The notes beneath the pieces are model-generated. The model ran no database searches and was not told the origin of the DNA. It saw only the letters and a list, made by a program, of their open reading frames with translations. The translations under genes and the position numbers were made by a program. 64,000 bases of DNA, from NCBI GenBank assembly GCA_965208575.1, contig CBDBOV010000005.1, positions 864,001 to 928,000 on the forward strand. The letters run 5' to 3'. The DNA comes from Spirochaetia bacterium (GTDB taxonomy: Bacteria; Spirochaetota; Spirochaetia; SZUA-6; Bin103). This document shows positions 29,565 through 39,182 of this stretch, piece by piece (position 1 is the first letter of the stretch; each line of letters starts with the position of its first letter).

Positions 29565-30359
29565 TCAGACGCGGCCTGGGAACGAGCACCCGCGCACCTG
29601 TTTGAACGGAGGCATCTTGGGGGCGTCGGTGACCTTGATGTCCTGCCAGGAGCTGGCGCGCATGTAGTGGATGGCGTAGGCGCGCCGGCGAGTCGGCGAC
29701 GTGTTCCTGCTGCTGGTGTGCAGGGTCAGGCTGTGGTGAAAGCTGATGCCGCCGGCGGGCACCGGCACCGGCACCGCCGGCCACCGTTCCGACTCCAGGT
29801 CATCGATCAAGTGGTCCAGGCGTTCGCGCGACAGCATGCCCCAGCGGTGAGTGCCGGGTACGAAGCGCAGGCAGCCGTTGTCCAGAGTGGCGTCGTCGAT
29901 CGCCGTCCAGGCGGTCACCAGGTCCATCGGAAAGATGTCGCGCCAGGAGGCGGAGTCCTGGTGCCACGGCTGCGCGGAGCCGGTCACCGGCGACTTCATG
30001 AACAACTGGTCGCCGTACATCTTGATGTCGTCGGTGCCGAGCAGGTCGGCAACGATGTCCACCACCGCGGGATTGGTGGCGTGGCGCCACAGCAGGTCGT
30101 CGTACACCGCCATGTTGAACAGCTTGCGGGTGGCCAGCACGCGGTCGGCCACCGCCGTGGTGCCGTCGCGAAACACCGGCTCCAACTGCAGGCTGCTGTC
30201 GGGGATGTGCTCCGCCTCGCCGGCCGCGATCAGATCCGCGTGATCGCCCAGGGCGGTCACCTCGCCGGCGCTCAGCACGTTCTCTACCCTGAGAAATCCG
30301 TTGAGTTGAAACTCGGCCACTACGTCCGGGCTCAACGCCCGCACCTTCGGTTGCGTCAT
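29565..30359 (-). CDS. PhyH-family dioxygenase
   Basis: DQLFMK, PWHQD, NGCLRFVPGTH, LHTS..RR. Confidence 0.92.
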   Translation of the reverse strand: MTQPKVRALSPDVVAEFQLNGFLRVENVLSAGEVTALGDHADLIAAGEAEHIPDSSLQLEPVFRDGTTAVADRVLATRKLFNMAVYDDLLWRHATNPAVVDIVADLLGTDDIKMYGDQLFMKSPVTGSAQPWHQDSASWRDIFPMDLVTAWTAIDDATLDNGCLRFVPGTHRWGMLSRERLDHLIDDLESERWPAVPVPVPAGGISFHHSLTLHTSSRNTSPTRRRAYAIHYMRASSWQDIKVTDAPKMPPFKQVRGCSFPGRV

Positions 30360-30458
30360 ATCGGGTGCCGAGTGTAGCGAGCCCGCCGCCCGCCGTCGAC
30401 CGCACCAGATCCGTTGGATCCGTTGCGCACTTCGCGGGTCGTCGCCGCCACACGGCGG

Positions 30459-32159
30459 CTACCGCCGGCGAGGTTGGACAAGCTGCGTGTCGCGAGCCGC
30501 CGGCCGGCCGGGCGGTGCGAAGCGAATGGCCGCGTTGGCGGGCGGCGCCGCCGCATCACGGTCTACCTGACGCATGATGCCGTGCACGAATTCGTCGGCG
30601 ATAACCGGGGTGTATTCCCGCCACCGTCGCACCGGCGGCTCGTCGGCGTCACGGCGCAGGATGCGCACGCTGCCGAACGTGCGTTCCAGCGAGTATCCCG
30701 GAACCGTCAGGTCGGGGACCTCCGACACCAGGTGGCTGACCGAGGCGGCGACGGTGGCCAGGTTGCGGGCGATTCCCTCGCCCGTGTGGGCGTCGTAAAA
30801 CGGGATGGCGCGGTGCAGGTAGTAGTAGCCCGGCGTGTTGTAGTAGGGCCGATCCACCTGCCACACCGCCTCGACGCCCGGTGCGCGGGCCAGGTAGCGG
30901 TACGCGGCGAAGATCGGATCCTGGCCGCGCAGGAAGCCGGTGACCCCGGTCTCGCGCGACCACGCCTGGGACACGCGGCTCTGCGCCGGCAGAGCGTTCA
31001 GCACCCCGGCCAGCGACACGGCGGCAAACAGGGCGCCGGCCGCGATTGTCGTCCAGCGCTCCGCCGCCGGGCGCGCCGGCCGCCGGCTCGCTGCCCAGGC
31101 GGCGAGGCGCACGGTGAGGTCGGCGCCGATCAGCAGCCACAGCGGAGTGACCGCGAAGATGAAGCGGTATTCCTTGTGCGCCTGCACCGAGTGGGTCAGC
31201 AACACCAGGGCGATCAGGCCCAGAAGCAGCCCGTAACGTGCCGGCCAGCGCAGTGAGGCCGCCAGACACAGTACGCTCAACCCGCCGCCGGCGAGTGCGA
31301 ACCACCACAGGAACTGCCACGCCGGGCTCTCGGCGGTGCGCATCTCGCCAAGGATCAGGTTGAAGCGCACGTTGGTGAGGTAGGAGTGGAACAGGCCGCC
31401 GTTCCACGCCAGGGCGTCGAAGATCCCCACCACACAAAGCGCCGCCGTGGCGGTGAGCGCAAGCGACACCTTCTGCCGCGTGCGCAGGAACACGACCCCG
31501 AGCAACACCACGGCCACGGGAGCGTATTGGACCCGGATCGCCGCCACCAGCACGGCGAGCACGGCGGCCGGCCAGACCACGCGCGGGCGGTCGGGCGAGG
31601 GGTTCGCGCACAGGGCCAGCAGTCCGAGCAGCGGCGCCGTTGCCACGAACTCGGTGAGCGGCTTGTGTGCGAAGCCGGCCAGTTCGTACCAGAAGGCGCC
31701 GGCAACCAGGGCCAGGCGCGCCGAGGTCTCGCTGAAGTGGCGCCGCGCGAAGCGGTACATGCCGGCCGGGATCGCCACCGAGATGGCGCAGAACAACAGC
31801 TTGACGCCGCCCACGTACCAGGCAGGCTCGCCGTGGCCGCCCAGGTCGAACAGCGTGAGCGCGCCGGCCACGACGCCCGGCACCAGCCAGGAGCGCGCCC
31901 CGTAGAAGTACTCCCAGTAAACCACGCCGTTGCCGAACGCCAGCCGGTGGGCCGGCTCCAGGTACTGCATGATCTCGTCGGGGTGCAGCACGAAGTCGCC
32001 GGCCAGGGCCACCGCGGCGCGCACGGCAAACGCCAGCGCCAGCACCAACGGCAGGAGCTTCCAGGGGGGAGCGCTCGGCACCGCGGTGTGGAGCAGGCCG
32101 TCGAGCACGGTACGCGGCCACTCACGAAGCCGCACTGCCGGCTGCTTCCGTTTCCCCAT
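30459..32159 (-). CDS. GT-C membrane glycosyltransferase, GT22 (Alg9/PIG-B mannosyltransferase-like)
   Basis: HPDEIMQYLEPAH, WEY..GARSW, HKEYRFI; many TM segments. Confidence 0.75.
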   Translation of the reverse strand: MGKRKQPAVRLREWPRTVLDGLLHTAVPSAPPWKLLPLVLALAFAVRAAVALAGDFVLHPDEIMQYLEPAHRLAFGNGVVYWEYFYGARSWLVPGVVAGALTLFDLGGHGEPAWYVGGVKLLFCAISVAIPAGMYRFARRHFSETSARLALVAGAFWYELAGFAHKPLTEFVATAPLLGLLALCANPSPDRPRVVWPAAVLAVLVAAIRVQYAPVAVVLLGVVFLRTRQKVSLALTATAALCVVGIFDALAWNGGLFHSYLTNVRFNLILGEMRTAESPAWQFLWWFALAGGGLSVLCLAASLRWPARYGLLLGLIALVLLTHSVQAHKEYRFIFAVTPLWLLIGADLTVRLAAWAASRRPARPAAERWTTIAAGALFAAVSLAGVLNALPAQSRVSQAWSRETGVTGFLRGQDPIFAAYRYLARAPGVEAVWQVDRPYYNTPGYYYLHRAIPFYDAHTGEGIARNLATVAASVSHLVSEVPDLTVPGYSLERTFGSVRILRRDADEPPVRRWREYTPVIADEFVHGIMRQVDRDAAAPPANAAIRFAPPGRPAARDTQLVQPRRR

Positions 32160-32178
32160 TTACGGCGGTGTCGGCAAC

Positions 32179-33303
32179 TCAGCCACCGTCCCGGGTTGCG
32201 TCGCGGCGGTACACGTAGCGGTTCGAAATCAGGAAGTTGACTGCGCCGCCGAGGCATACCCCGATCACCAGCGCCAGCAGGCGGTAGCGGGCGAACTGCT
32301 GCACGAAGCTGGTCAGGAGGGTGTAGCTGCCCACGTTGACGCCCAGCCCGAGCACGCTGCTGGCAGCGAACCGGGTCCACTGCCGCCCATGCGGCTGCCG
32401 GGGACGTTCGTCGAAGGTGAGGGCGCGGTTGACCAGCCAGTTCCAGGTCACGGCTGGCCAGAACGACACGAACCGGGCCACGCGGTGTTCGACGCCCAGG
32501 CCCTGCAGCGCCAGGTAGAACGCCACGTCGATCAGGAACCCGCTCGCCCCCACCAGGGCGAAACTGACCAGCCGCGCCGCGTCTCCGTACCGATGCCGGT
32601 ACAGGCGGTGCAGGTGGTGCAGGTAGTTGAGTTGCTGGCGCCAGTTCATCTTGCTGTCGCCGCGGTCGCGGTCGGTGAAGCCGATCGGCACCTCGTTGAC
32701 GCGCAATCGCCCGCGCACCATCAGTTCAAGGCCGATCTTGTAGCCTATGGGGCGCAGTTCATCCAGGTCGGGCAGCCGGCGGCGGTCGGTGGCGAAGAAG
32801 CCGGACATGGGATCTGAACAGCGCACCAGCGGCAGCGCCAGCAAGGTGGCGCCGCGCGAGTTGAGCCTGCGCAACAGGCCCCAATCGGCGTCGACGGTAC
32901 CGCCCGGCACGTACCTGCTGCCGACCACGAAATCGCAATCGCCGCCCAGGGCCGCGAGCAGGGCGGCGATCCGTTCGGGCGGGTGCGACAGGTCCGCGTC
33001 CATCACCACCAGCCGGTCGTAGCGTGCCATGCGCATGCCGTGGATTACGGACAACGACAGGTCGCGCGGCGGGTCGCGGCGCACCTCCATGCGCACCGGC
33101 GCGTGCCGAGCCAGGTCGGCGACAATCGCCGTGCTGCCGTCCCGCGAGTCGTCGTCGACGAATATCAGTTCCCAGTCGACTCCCTCGCGCGCGAGCGCCG
33201 CCTGCACGCGCCGCACGAGCGGGGCGATATTCGCCGCCTCCCGGAACGTCGGCACCACCACCGACACTCCGCGGCCCGCATCGCCGGATAGTTCCTCTCC
33301 CAT
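32179..33303 (-). CDS. Polyprenol-phosphate mannose synthase-like GT2 fused to a C-terminal GtrA domain
   Basis: VVPTFRE, VDDDSRDG, MDADLSHPP, GSRY, DPMSGFF, GYKIGLE, then FALVGASG..WNWLVNR..TF. Confidence 0.87.
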   Translation of the reverse strand: MGEELSGDAGRGVSVVVPTFREAANIAPLVRRVQAALAREGVDWELIFVDDDSRDGSTAIVADLARHAPVRMEVRRDPPRDLSLSVIHGMRMARYDRLVVMDADLSHPPERIAALLAALGGDCDFVVGSRYVPGGTVDADWGLLRRLNSRGATLLALPLVRCSDPMSGFFATDRRRLPDLDELRPIGYKIGLELMVRGRLRVNEVPIGFTDRDRGDSKMNWRQQLNYLHHLHRLYRHRYGDAARLVSFALVGASGFLIDVAFYLALQGLGVEHRVARFVSFWPAVTWNWLVNRALTFDERPRQPHGRQWTRFAASSVLGLGVNVGSYTLLTSFVQQFARYRLLALVIGVCLGGAVNFLISNRYVYRRDATRDGG

Positions 33304-33438
33304 TTTCTCCGTGAAGCAACCATAACATGCGCCCGAGAATACGATAAGATTATCCATGCGCCGTGGAGCGACCGGCGCGCGACGCGATCGACGGTGTGCG
33401 GGTGGCGCCGTGGAGCGATTCGACCAGGAGGACCAGGC

Positions 33439-33942
33439 ATGACGAGTTTCTTTCAGGAACAGCGCGCAGTGTTGCACGCTACCCAGGAGTTGCGCCGCCA
33501 GCTCCTGGCCGTGCTCGGCGACGCCGACCTCGCCTGTCGGCCGGCGCCCGGGTGTCTTTCGCTCGGCGAGCTGTGCCGCGAAATGGGCGAGATCCAGCAC
33601 ACCTACGTCGAATCGTTTCGCACCTTCCGGCACGACTTCAGCTACCGCCACGACCCGGAGACGGCCGGCAGCGTGGCGCGCCTCGCCGAGTGGTATGCGC
33701 AGTTGGACGCTGAACTCGGAGAGGTTCTGGAGGGGTTGGAAGAGGCCGACCTGGCCCGTACCGTGGACCGCGGCCACGGGTTCGCGCCGCCGGTGCCGGT
33801 GCAGTTCCACATCTACCGCGAGGCGCTGCTGATCTTCTACGCCAAGACCCACGTCTACCTGAAGGCGCTCGGCAAGCAGGTCGACGGCCCCTGGCGGTGG
33901 TGGATCGGCGACCGCGGCGACTACGAGACGGTCGAGGGCTGA
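33439..33942 (+). CDS. DinB-like four-helix protein
   Basis: GGAGG RBS; LGDADL..SLGELC..YVESF, YREALLIFYAK..YLKALG. Confidence 0.6.
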   Translation: MTSFFQEQRAVLHATQELRRQLLAVLGDADLACRPAPGCLSLGELCREMGEIQHTYVESFRTFRHDFSYRHDPETAGSVARLAEWYAQLDAELGEVLEGLEEADLARTVDRGHGFAPPVPVQFHIYREALLIFYAKTHVYLKALGKQVDGPWRWWIGDRGDYETVEG

Positions 33943-34056
33943 CGAGCGGAAACCGCCGCCGGCGGCGCACCATCCGCCCTCCGTCCGGCCTCGCGAGCGG
34001 GCCGGGATCCGCGCGCTCCGGGCATCCGTTCGGGCGTTGGTAATGAGGCTGGTCGG

Positions 34057-34120
34057 CCCGGCATCGGGACGGTCGATGCCGGCGTCGTCGCCGGTGCCGG
34101 CCCTCGCGCCCGGCGCCGGC
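34057..34120. terminator. Two GC hairpins between convergent genes
   Basis: CCGGCATCG..CGATGCCGG and GCCGGTGCCGG..CCGGCGCCGGC. Confidence 0.45.
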
Positions 34121-34866
34121 TACCAGCTCGGGATGGCTCCCAGCAACAGCTTCTGCAGCGCGGTGCCGTGCTCGCGCAGCCTGGTGACGCGGGGGCCGTC
34201 GAACGGCTCGCGCGACTTCATCCAGGCGTTCTGGTAGCACATCAGGCACACGCGGCGAGCCTTGTCGGAGCGGTTGGCCACCCCGCGGTGGTAGATCCAG
34301 CCGTTGAACAGCACGGCCTGACCGGGTTTGGCCAGCACCAGCAGTTGATCCGGGAACTCCGGGTGTCCCTTCGGCGGCCGGAACGGGGCGCGCTGGCTGC
34401 CGGGCACGATGGCGATCGGTCCGTTGTCTGCGGTCAGATCGTCGAGGTAGTAACCGCAGTTGATCTGCGCCGGCGTGCTGCCGATCGGCGTGCCGTCGGG
34501 ATCCACCGGCCACGGGCCGTCACGGTGCCAGTCCTGGTCGGGCTGCCCGGGCGTGGTGACGCGGGCGGTGGCGCTGTGCAGTTGTACGCAGGTGCCGAGA
34601 ATGGCGGCGATGCGGCGCAGGACCGGCGGGTTGTCGAGCAGGAACGCGAAGCGGTCGTCTTCCTCCAGCAACCGGTGGGTGAACTGCTCGCCGCGGCGGG
34701 TGAAGGTGGCGTCCAGCGCGTCCCGCAGCGTCTCCACCTGGTCCGCCGTCGCCGCGTCGTCCACCACCAGGTAGCCCCACTTGAGGAAGAACCGTACCTC
34801 CTGCTCCAGCTCCGGGCTGAGCGGCGGGTTGAGGGCCGCGGGGACGACCGACCGATCGTAACGCAT
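34120..34866 (-). CDS. PhyH-family dioxygenase
   Basis: WGYLVV, WHRD, NGPIAIVPGS, YHRG..RR. Confidence 0.88.
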   Translation of the reverse strand: MRYDRSVVPAALNPPLSPELEQEVRFFLKWGYLVVDDAATADQVETLRDALDATFTRRGEQFTHRLLEEDDRFAFLLDNPPVLRRIAAILGTCVQLHSATARVTTPGQPDQDWHRDGPWPVDPDGTPIGSTPAQINCGYYLDDLTADNGPIAIVPGSQRAPFRPPKGHPEFPDQLLVLAKPGQAVLFNGWIYHRGVANRSDKARRVCLMCYQNAWMKSREPFDGPRVTRLREHGTALQKLLLGAIPSW

Positions 34867-34888
34867 GGCCGGCGTCGGACCGGCGCGG

Positions 34889-35932
34889 TCAGAACCGCAC
34901 GCCGAGCTTGATGTTGTGCTCGGGGCCGGTGGCGATCTTCGGGTACTCGGTGAGCAGGTCGTCGAAGGCGACCACCGGCTGCACCACCGGCTCGCTGCGC
35001 AGGCTGCCGTCGGTCAGCAGCCGCCAGCTCACCTCGAACAGCCGCGGCTCGTCCCAGCCCGGGTACTCGGGGTTGGGCTCCGAGCAGGCGCGCGAGAACA
35101 CGATGGTGGGACGGTTGAAGTGCGCCTCGGCACCCAGGTCGAGGCCGGCGGGGTAGGCGCCGGGCATTGCGCCGGCCACCACCGTGCCCAGGTAGCGGAC
35201 CCCGCGCAGCGCGGCCTGCAGGGCGGAGTAATGGCCGCTGTATTCTATGCACACGTCGGCGCCGCGGCCCGCGGTGGCCAGGCGAATCTCCTTGCCGGCG
35301 TCGCAGGCGGTCGGGTCGAGGACCAGGTCGGCGCCCAGCTCGTCCGCCGCCGCGCGGCGCAGCGCGATCGGGTCGACGGCGATCACCGGGTGCGCACCGG
35401 CCAGCCGCGCGAGTTGCAGCACCATCAGGCCGATCCCGCCCATCCCGAACACCGCCACGGCGTCGCCGATGCGGACGTGGCCGTCGCGCACCGCGCCGAG
35501 CGCGAAGTCGGTGGGGTCCAGGCAGACGGCCGCCTGCCAGGGCACGCCGTCGGGAAGCACGCGTACCCGGTCAGCCGGCCACACGTGTTCTTCGCGGAAC
35601 CCGCTGTGCGCGAACACCCGGTCGCCCGGCCGCAGCCCGGTTACGGCGCCGCCGGTCTCGATCACCTCGCCGGTGCACATGTTCCCTAGCCGGGTGGGGA
35701 ACGGGTTCTGGCCGCCGACCTCGCGGGTGTCGTCCGGTCCGGGGAAAATGCCCGACTCGTCGTCGTAGCCGCCGCGGTCCAGGCCGTAGCCTTTGAAGAA
35801 GGCCATCTCGGTGCCGTGCTTGGCCGCACCGAACTCGCTGCGCACCCGGACTTGGTCCATCGCCAAAGGCTCGCGCTCGTATTCCCGAAACGCTACCTGC
35901 TCTCGCGCAGGCGCGATCAATTCTCGTGGCAT
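34889..35932 (-). CDS. MDR/zinc-binding alcohol dehydrogenase-like oxidoreductase
   Basis: KHGTE, GDRVF, GMGGIG nucleotide-binding motif, GADVCIEYSG. Confidence 0.85.
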   Translation of the reverse strand: MPRELIAPAREQVAFREYEREPLAMDQVRVRSEFGAAKHGTEMAFFKGYGLDRGGYDDESGIFPGPDDTREVGGQNPFPTRLGNMCTGEVIETGGAVTGLRPGDRVFAHSGFREEHVWPADRVRVLPDGVPWQAAVCLDPTDFALGAVRDGHVRIGDAVAVFGMGGIGLMVLQLARLAGAHPVIAVDPIALRRAAADELGADLVLDPTACDAGKEIRLATAGRGADVCIEYSGHYSALQAALRGVRYLGTVVAGAMPGAYPAGLDLGAEAHFNRPTIVFSRACSEPNPEYPGWDEPRLFEVSWRLLTDGSLRSEPVVQPVVAFDDLLTEYPKIATGPEHNIKLGVRF

Positions 35933-36010
35933 GGCGCCGATTCTATCGTCGCCGGGGCCGCAGGGTCACGGCACCGGAGGGCGCCGGCCGCGCCCCCCGG
36001 CCCCGAGCAT

Positions 36011-38002
36011 CTACTCCTTGTAGAACAGTTGCTGCGAGTCGTAGAACAGGCACGCCTGCCACTCCGCCGACCCGTTGTACACCGGCGGGATGTTGCCGAG
36101 CTTCGAATTGGCGACGTACAGCGTCGGCGCCAGTCCGACCGTGCCGATCACCAGGACGTTCTCGGCATGCCAGTCCAGCACCCGCTCCGAGATCTCCATG
36201 TACTCGGGCGATCCCATGACGGTCTGCAGCCGCCGCTCCAGCCAGTTGAACAGGTTCTTGAAATCATCCGGCGGTTCCTCACCGGGCAGGACGCCGTCGG
36301 TGAAGTCGGCCAGGGTCGCCTGGCCGTTGCGCACCTGCTGGTCCGCCCGCAACCATATACCCCACGTCGGCCACACGCCGAAATCGCCCGACGGTGGCGC
36401 CCAGTGATTGGGCGTCAGGTAGTGCACGACTTCGAGGGTGTTGCCGTAGATCATGCCGCCCACCATGCGGTCGGTCATGTCCGAGCGCTCGAAGTACAGC
36501 TCGCGCTGCATCTCGTTGAGCTGCACGCGTATGCCCACGTTTTCCCAGTATTCCTTGACCAGGTCGTACATCTCCTGCGGTATGTCGGCCTGGAAGAAAT
36601 ACTCGAGAATCAACTCGAACCGCTCGCCGTCGGGACGCAGGCGGAAGCCGTCGCCGTCGCGCGCGCTCATGCCGGCTTCGTCGAGCAGCCGATTGGCCTC
36701 CGCCGGGTCGAACTGGGCGTACGCCTCTCCCCACTCTTTCTTGTAGAAACTGGCGGTGGGATCGACCGTGGCCTGGCGTGGCGTGGCGAGTCCGAAGAAG
36801 ATGGCGTCGTTCATCTCGTCGCGGTCGATCGCCAGCGACATCCCGCGGCGGAACTGGACATCATTGAACAGGGCGCGCAGCACCGGATCCTCGTGGTTCA
36901 AGTTGAAGCCGAACGCAAGCTGGCTGCCGAGGATGCCGGGGATGGGATAGACGGTGTAACCGGCGGAAGCCTCGCTCTCCTTGTACAGCGTGTAGTTGGC
37001 GAACGACGTGTTGTACGCCTGCACGTCCGCCTCCCCGGACACGATCTTGAGATCGATCGTCTCCTTGCCGGCGAGGTTGTTGACGATGGTGTCGATGTAG
37101 GGAAGTTGGTTGCCCGCCGTGTCGACCTCGTAAAAGTAGGGATTCCTCTCGTACACCCGGTGGGTGGTGGTGAACTCCTTCATGAACCACGGCAGCACCA
37201 CCGGCTTGTCGAGGTCGCCGAGCGGGTTTACCTGCATGTGAGCGTTGAACGCGTCCACCCAGGTGTCGTGGCCCTCCTCCTTGGCGAGCGAGTTGGCGTC
37301 CTCGTTGTAATTGATGTGGTACTTCGAGAGGTACTTGCTCGGGGAGAACGAAACCCAGTGACTTCCCGGCCAGTGGGTAAAGAACACCGGCAGCGCCGCC
37401 AGCGACCCGTCGCTCTCGTAGCGTACCGTGCGGTCGTCGATCTTCACGACGCGGTCCACGATGGTGGCCGGCGCCCCGCCGCCCCAGAAACTGACCTCCT
37501 CGATCCAGTTGATCGCCTCCCACCGGAACAGGATGTCGTCGGCGGTGAACGGGTCGCCGTTGGACCACCTGAGCCCTTCCCGGAGGGTGAGCAGCATGCT
37601 GCTGTTGTCCTCGGACATCTCGTAATCGGTAGCGATGTCGGCCACGATCTCGCCGTCGTAGGACAGCTCCAGGAGGAACGCCGAACCGTTCTCCGGTCCG
37701 TCGCTCAGGTCTCCCCATGGACTGCTGTCGGGGTTGAACGTGGTGATCGTACCGCCGTAGCGCCCCACCATCTCGAACGGGACGATCACCTTCGGCTCCA
37801 CCGGCAGCCGCTCGTCGACCGGCGGCAGCTCGCCGGCGGCGACCCGGGCGGCCAGCATAGGCGCCTCGTTGTACTTGCCGCCGCTCGCAGCGACGACGGT
37901 GTCCGTTCCTTCGTCCGCGTCCTCCGTGCCGCCCGCCCACACGGCGGTGCAAAGCGCCAGTGTCATGACCGCCGAGGCGGCGATCGCCAACATCCTTTTC
38001 AT
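36011..38002 (-). CDS. ABC transporter substrate-binding protein, family 5
   Basis: Signal peptide after AAGGAG; EAPMLAARVAAGELPPVDERLP, WSNGDPFTADD, RNPYFYEVDTAGNQLPYID. Confidence 0.92.
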   Translation of the reverse strand: MKRMLAIAASAVMTLALCTAVWAGGTEDADEGTDTVVAASGGKYNEAPMLAARVAAGELPPVDERLPVEPKVIVPFEMVGRYGGTITTFNPDSSPWGDLSDGPENGSAFLLELSYDGEIVADIATDYEMSEDNSSMLLTLREGLRWSNGDPFTADDILFRWEAINWIEEVSFWGGGAPATIVDRVVKIDDRTVRYESDGSLAALPVFFTHWPGSHWVSFSPSKYLSKYHINYNEDANSLAKEEGHDTWVDAFNAHMQVNPLGDLDKPVVLPWFMKEFTTTHRVYERNPYFYEVDTAGNQLPYIDTIVNNLAGKETIDLKIVSGEADVQAYNTSFANYTLYKESEASAGYTVYPIPGILGSQLAFGFNLNHEDPVLRALFNDVQFRRGMSLAIDRDEMNDAIFFGLATPRQATVDPTASFYKKEWGEAYAQFDPAEANRLLDEAGMSARDGDGFRLRPDGERFELILEYFFQADIPQEMYDLVKEYWENVGIRVQLNEMQRELYFERSDMTDRMVGGMIYGNTLEVVHYLTPNHWAPPSGDFGVWPTWGIWLRADQQVRNGQATLADFTDGVLPGEEPPDDFKNLFNWLERRLQTVMGSPEYMEISERVLDWHAENVLVIGTVGLAPTLYVANSKLGNIPPVYNGSAEWQACLFYDSQQLFYKE

Positions 38003-38183
38003 GTGGATTCTCCTTGTCGCGGAGCCGGCCGACGCCGCGTGCACCGGACCGCTCCGCAGATTGGTGCGCCACCGTAGCCCCGAGCGCGGGTAAACGTCAA
38101 CTCGGGAGGCGCCGCCGCCGCGACGGAAAGCGCCGGAAGCGCGGCGCGACCGGGCATTGCGGATGTGGTATAAAGGGGCGGAC

Positions 38184-39182
38184 ATGCTCAGCTACATCAT
38201 CCGGCGCCTGGTGTACTTGGTAGTTCTGCTGGTGTTGCTCTCGGTGGCCACCTTCATCATCATCCAGCTCCCGCCGGGCGACTACCTCACCACCCTGGTC
38301 GCCAACATGCGCCGCGCGAACGTGGTGCTGAGCGAAGAGGCGGTGGCCGTCCTCACCGAGCGGTACGGGCTGGGGCGCCCGCTGCACATTCAGTACCTGA
38401 CCTGGTTCGGCAACCTGTTGAAGGGCGACATGGGCGAGTCGTTCATCTGGGAGGCGCCGGTTACCGAGATCGTGGGCGAGCGGCTCGCGCTCACCGTGAC
38501 GTTGTCGATCTCGACGCTGATCGTGACCTACCTGATCGCGATTCCGATCGGTATCTACTCCGCCACCCACCAGTACTCGGTTGCCGACTACAGCTTCACC
38601 ACGCTCGGATTCATCGGCCTGGCTATGCCCAACTTCCTGCTGGCGCTGATCCTGATGTTCCTGTTCTACAAGTACTTCGGCTGGAGCGTCGGGGGACTGT
38701 TCTCGCCGGAGTACCAGTTGGCGCCGTGGAGCCTCGGCAAGGTGATCGACCTGATCAAGCACTTTCCGATTCCGCTGCTGGTGATCGGCACCGCTGGCGC
38801 CGCCAGCCTGATCCGCATCATGCGCGCCACGCTGCTGGACGAGCTGGGCAAGCTGTACGTGATCACCGCGCGTGCCAAGGGCGTCTCCGAGCGCAGGCTG
38901 CTGTTCCGGTACCCGGTGCGGGTGGCGGTCAACCCGGTGGTGAGCACCATCGGCTGGCTGCTGCCGGAGACCATCTCCGGGGCGACGCTGACCGCGATCG
39001 TGCTCAGCTTGCCCACCATCGGACCGTTGCTGCTGCGCGCGCTGGAGGCGCAGGACATGTACCTGGCGGGCAGCATGGTGATGCTGCTGAGCGCGCTCGG
39101 CATCCTGGGCACGCTGATCTCGGACCTGCTGCTGGTGGTGGTGGATCCGCGCATCCGGTTCGAGCGGCAGGCCACCGGATGA
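38184..39182 (+). CDS. ABC transporter permease (DppB-like)
   Basis: Paralog of 14408..15406. Confidence 0.93.
   Translation: MLSYIIRRLVYLVVLLVLLSVATFIIIQLPPGDYLTTLVANMRRANVVLSEEAVAVLTERYGLGRPLHIQYLTWFGNLLKGDMGESFIWEAPVTEIVGERLALTVTLSISTLIVTYLIAIPIGIYSATHQYSVADYSFTTLGFIGLAMPNFLLALILMFLFYKYFGWSVGGLFSPEYQLAPWSLGKVIDLIKHFPIPLLVIGTAGAASLIRIMRATLLDELGKLYVITARAKGVSERRLLFRYPVRVAVNPVVSTIGWLLPETISGATLTAIVLSLPTIGPLLLRALEAQDMYLAGSMVMLLSALGILGTLISDLLLVVVDPRIRFERQATG

Noticed and set aside
32179-33852. 557-aa extended glycosyltransferase
   Set aside because: The extension is antisense to the DinB-like gene; the GT2 domain starts near 33303
35816-38077. 753-aa plus-strand ORF and similar long antisense ORFs throughout the window
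   Set aside because: Mirror frames of real genes caused by high GC3
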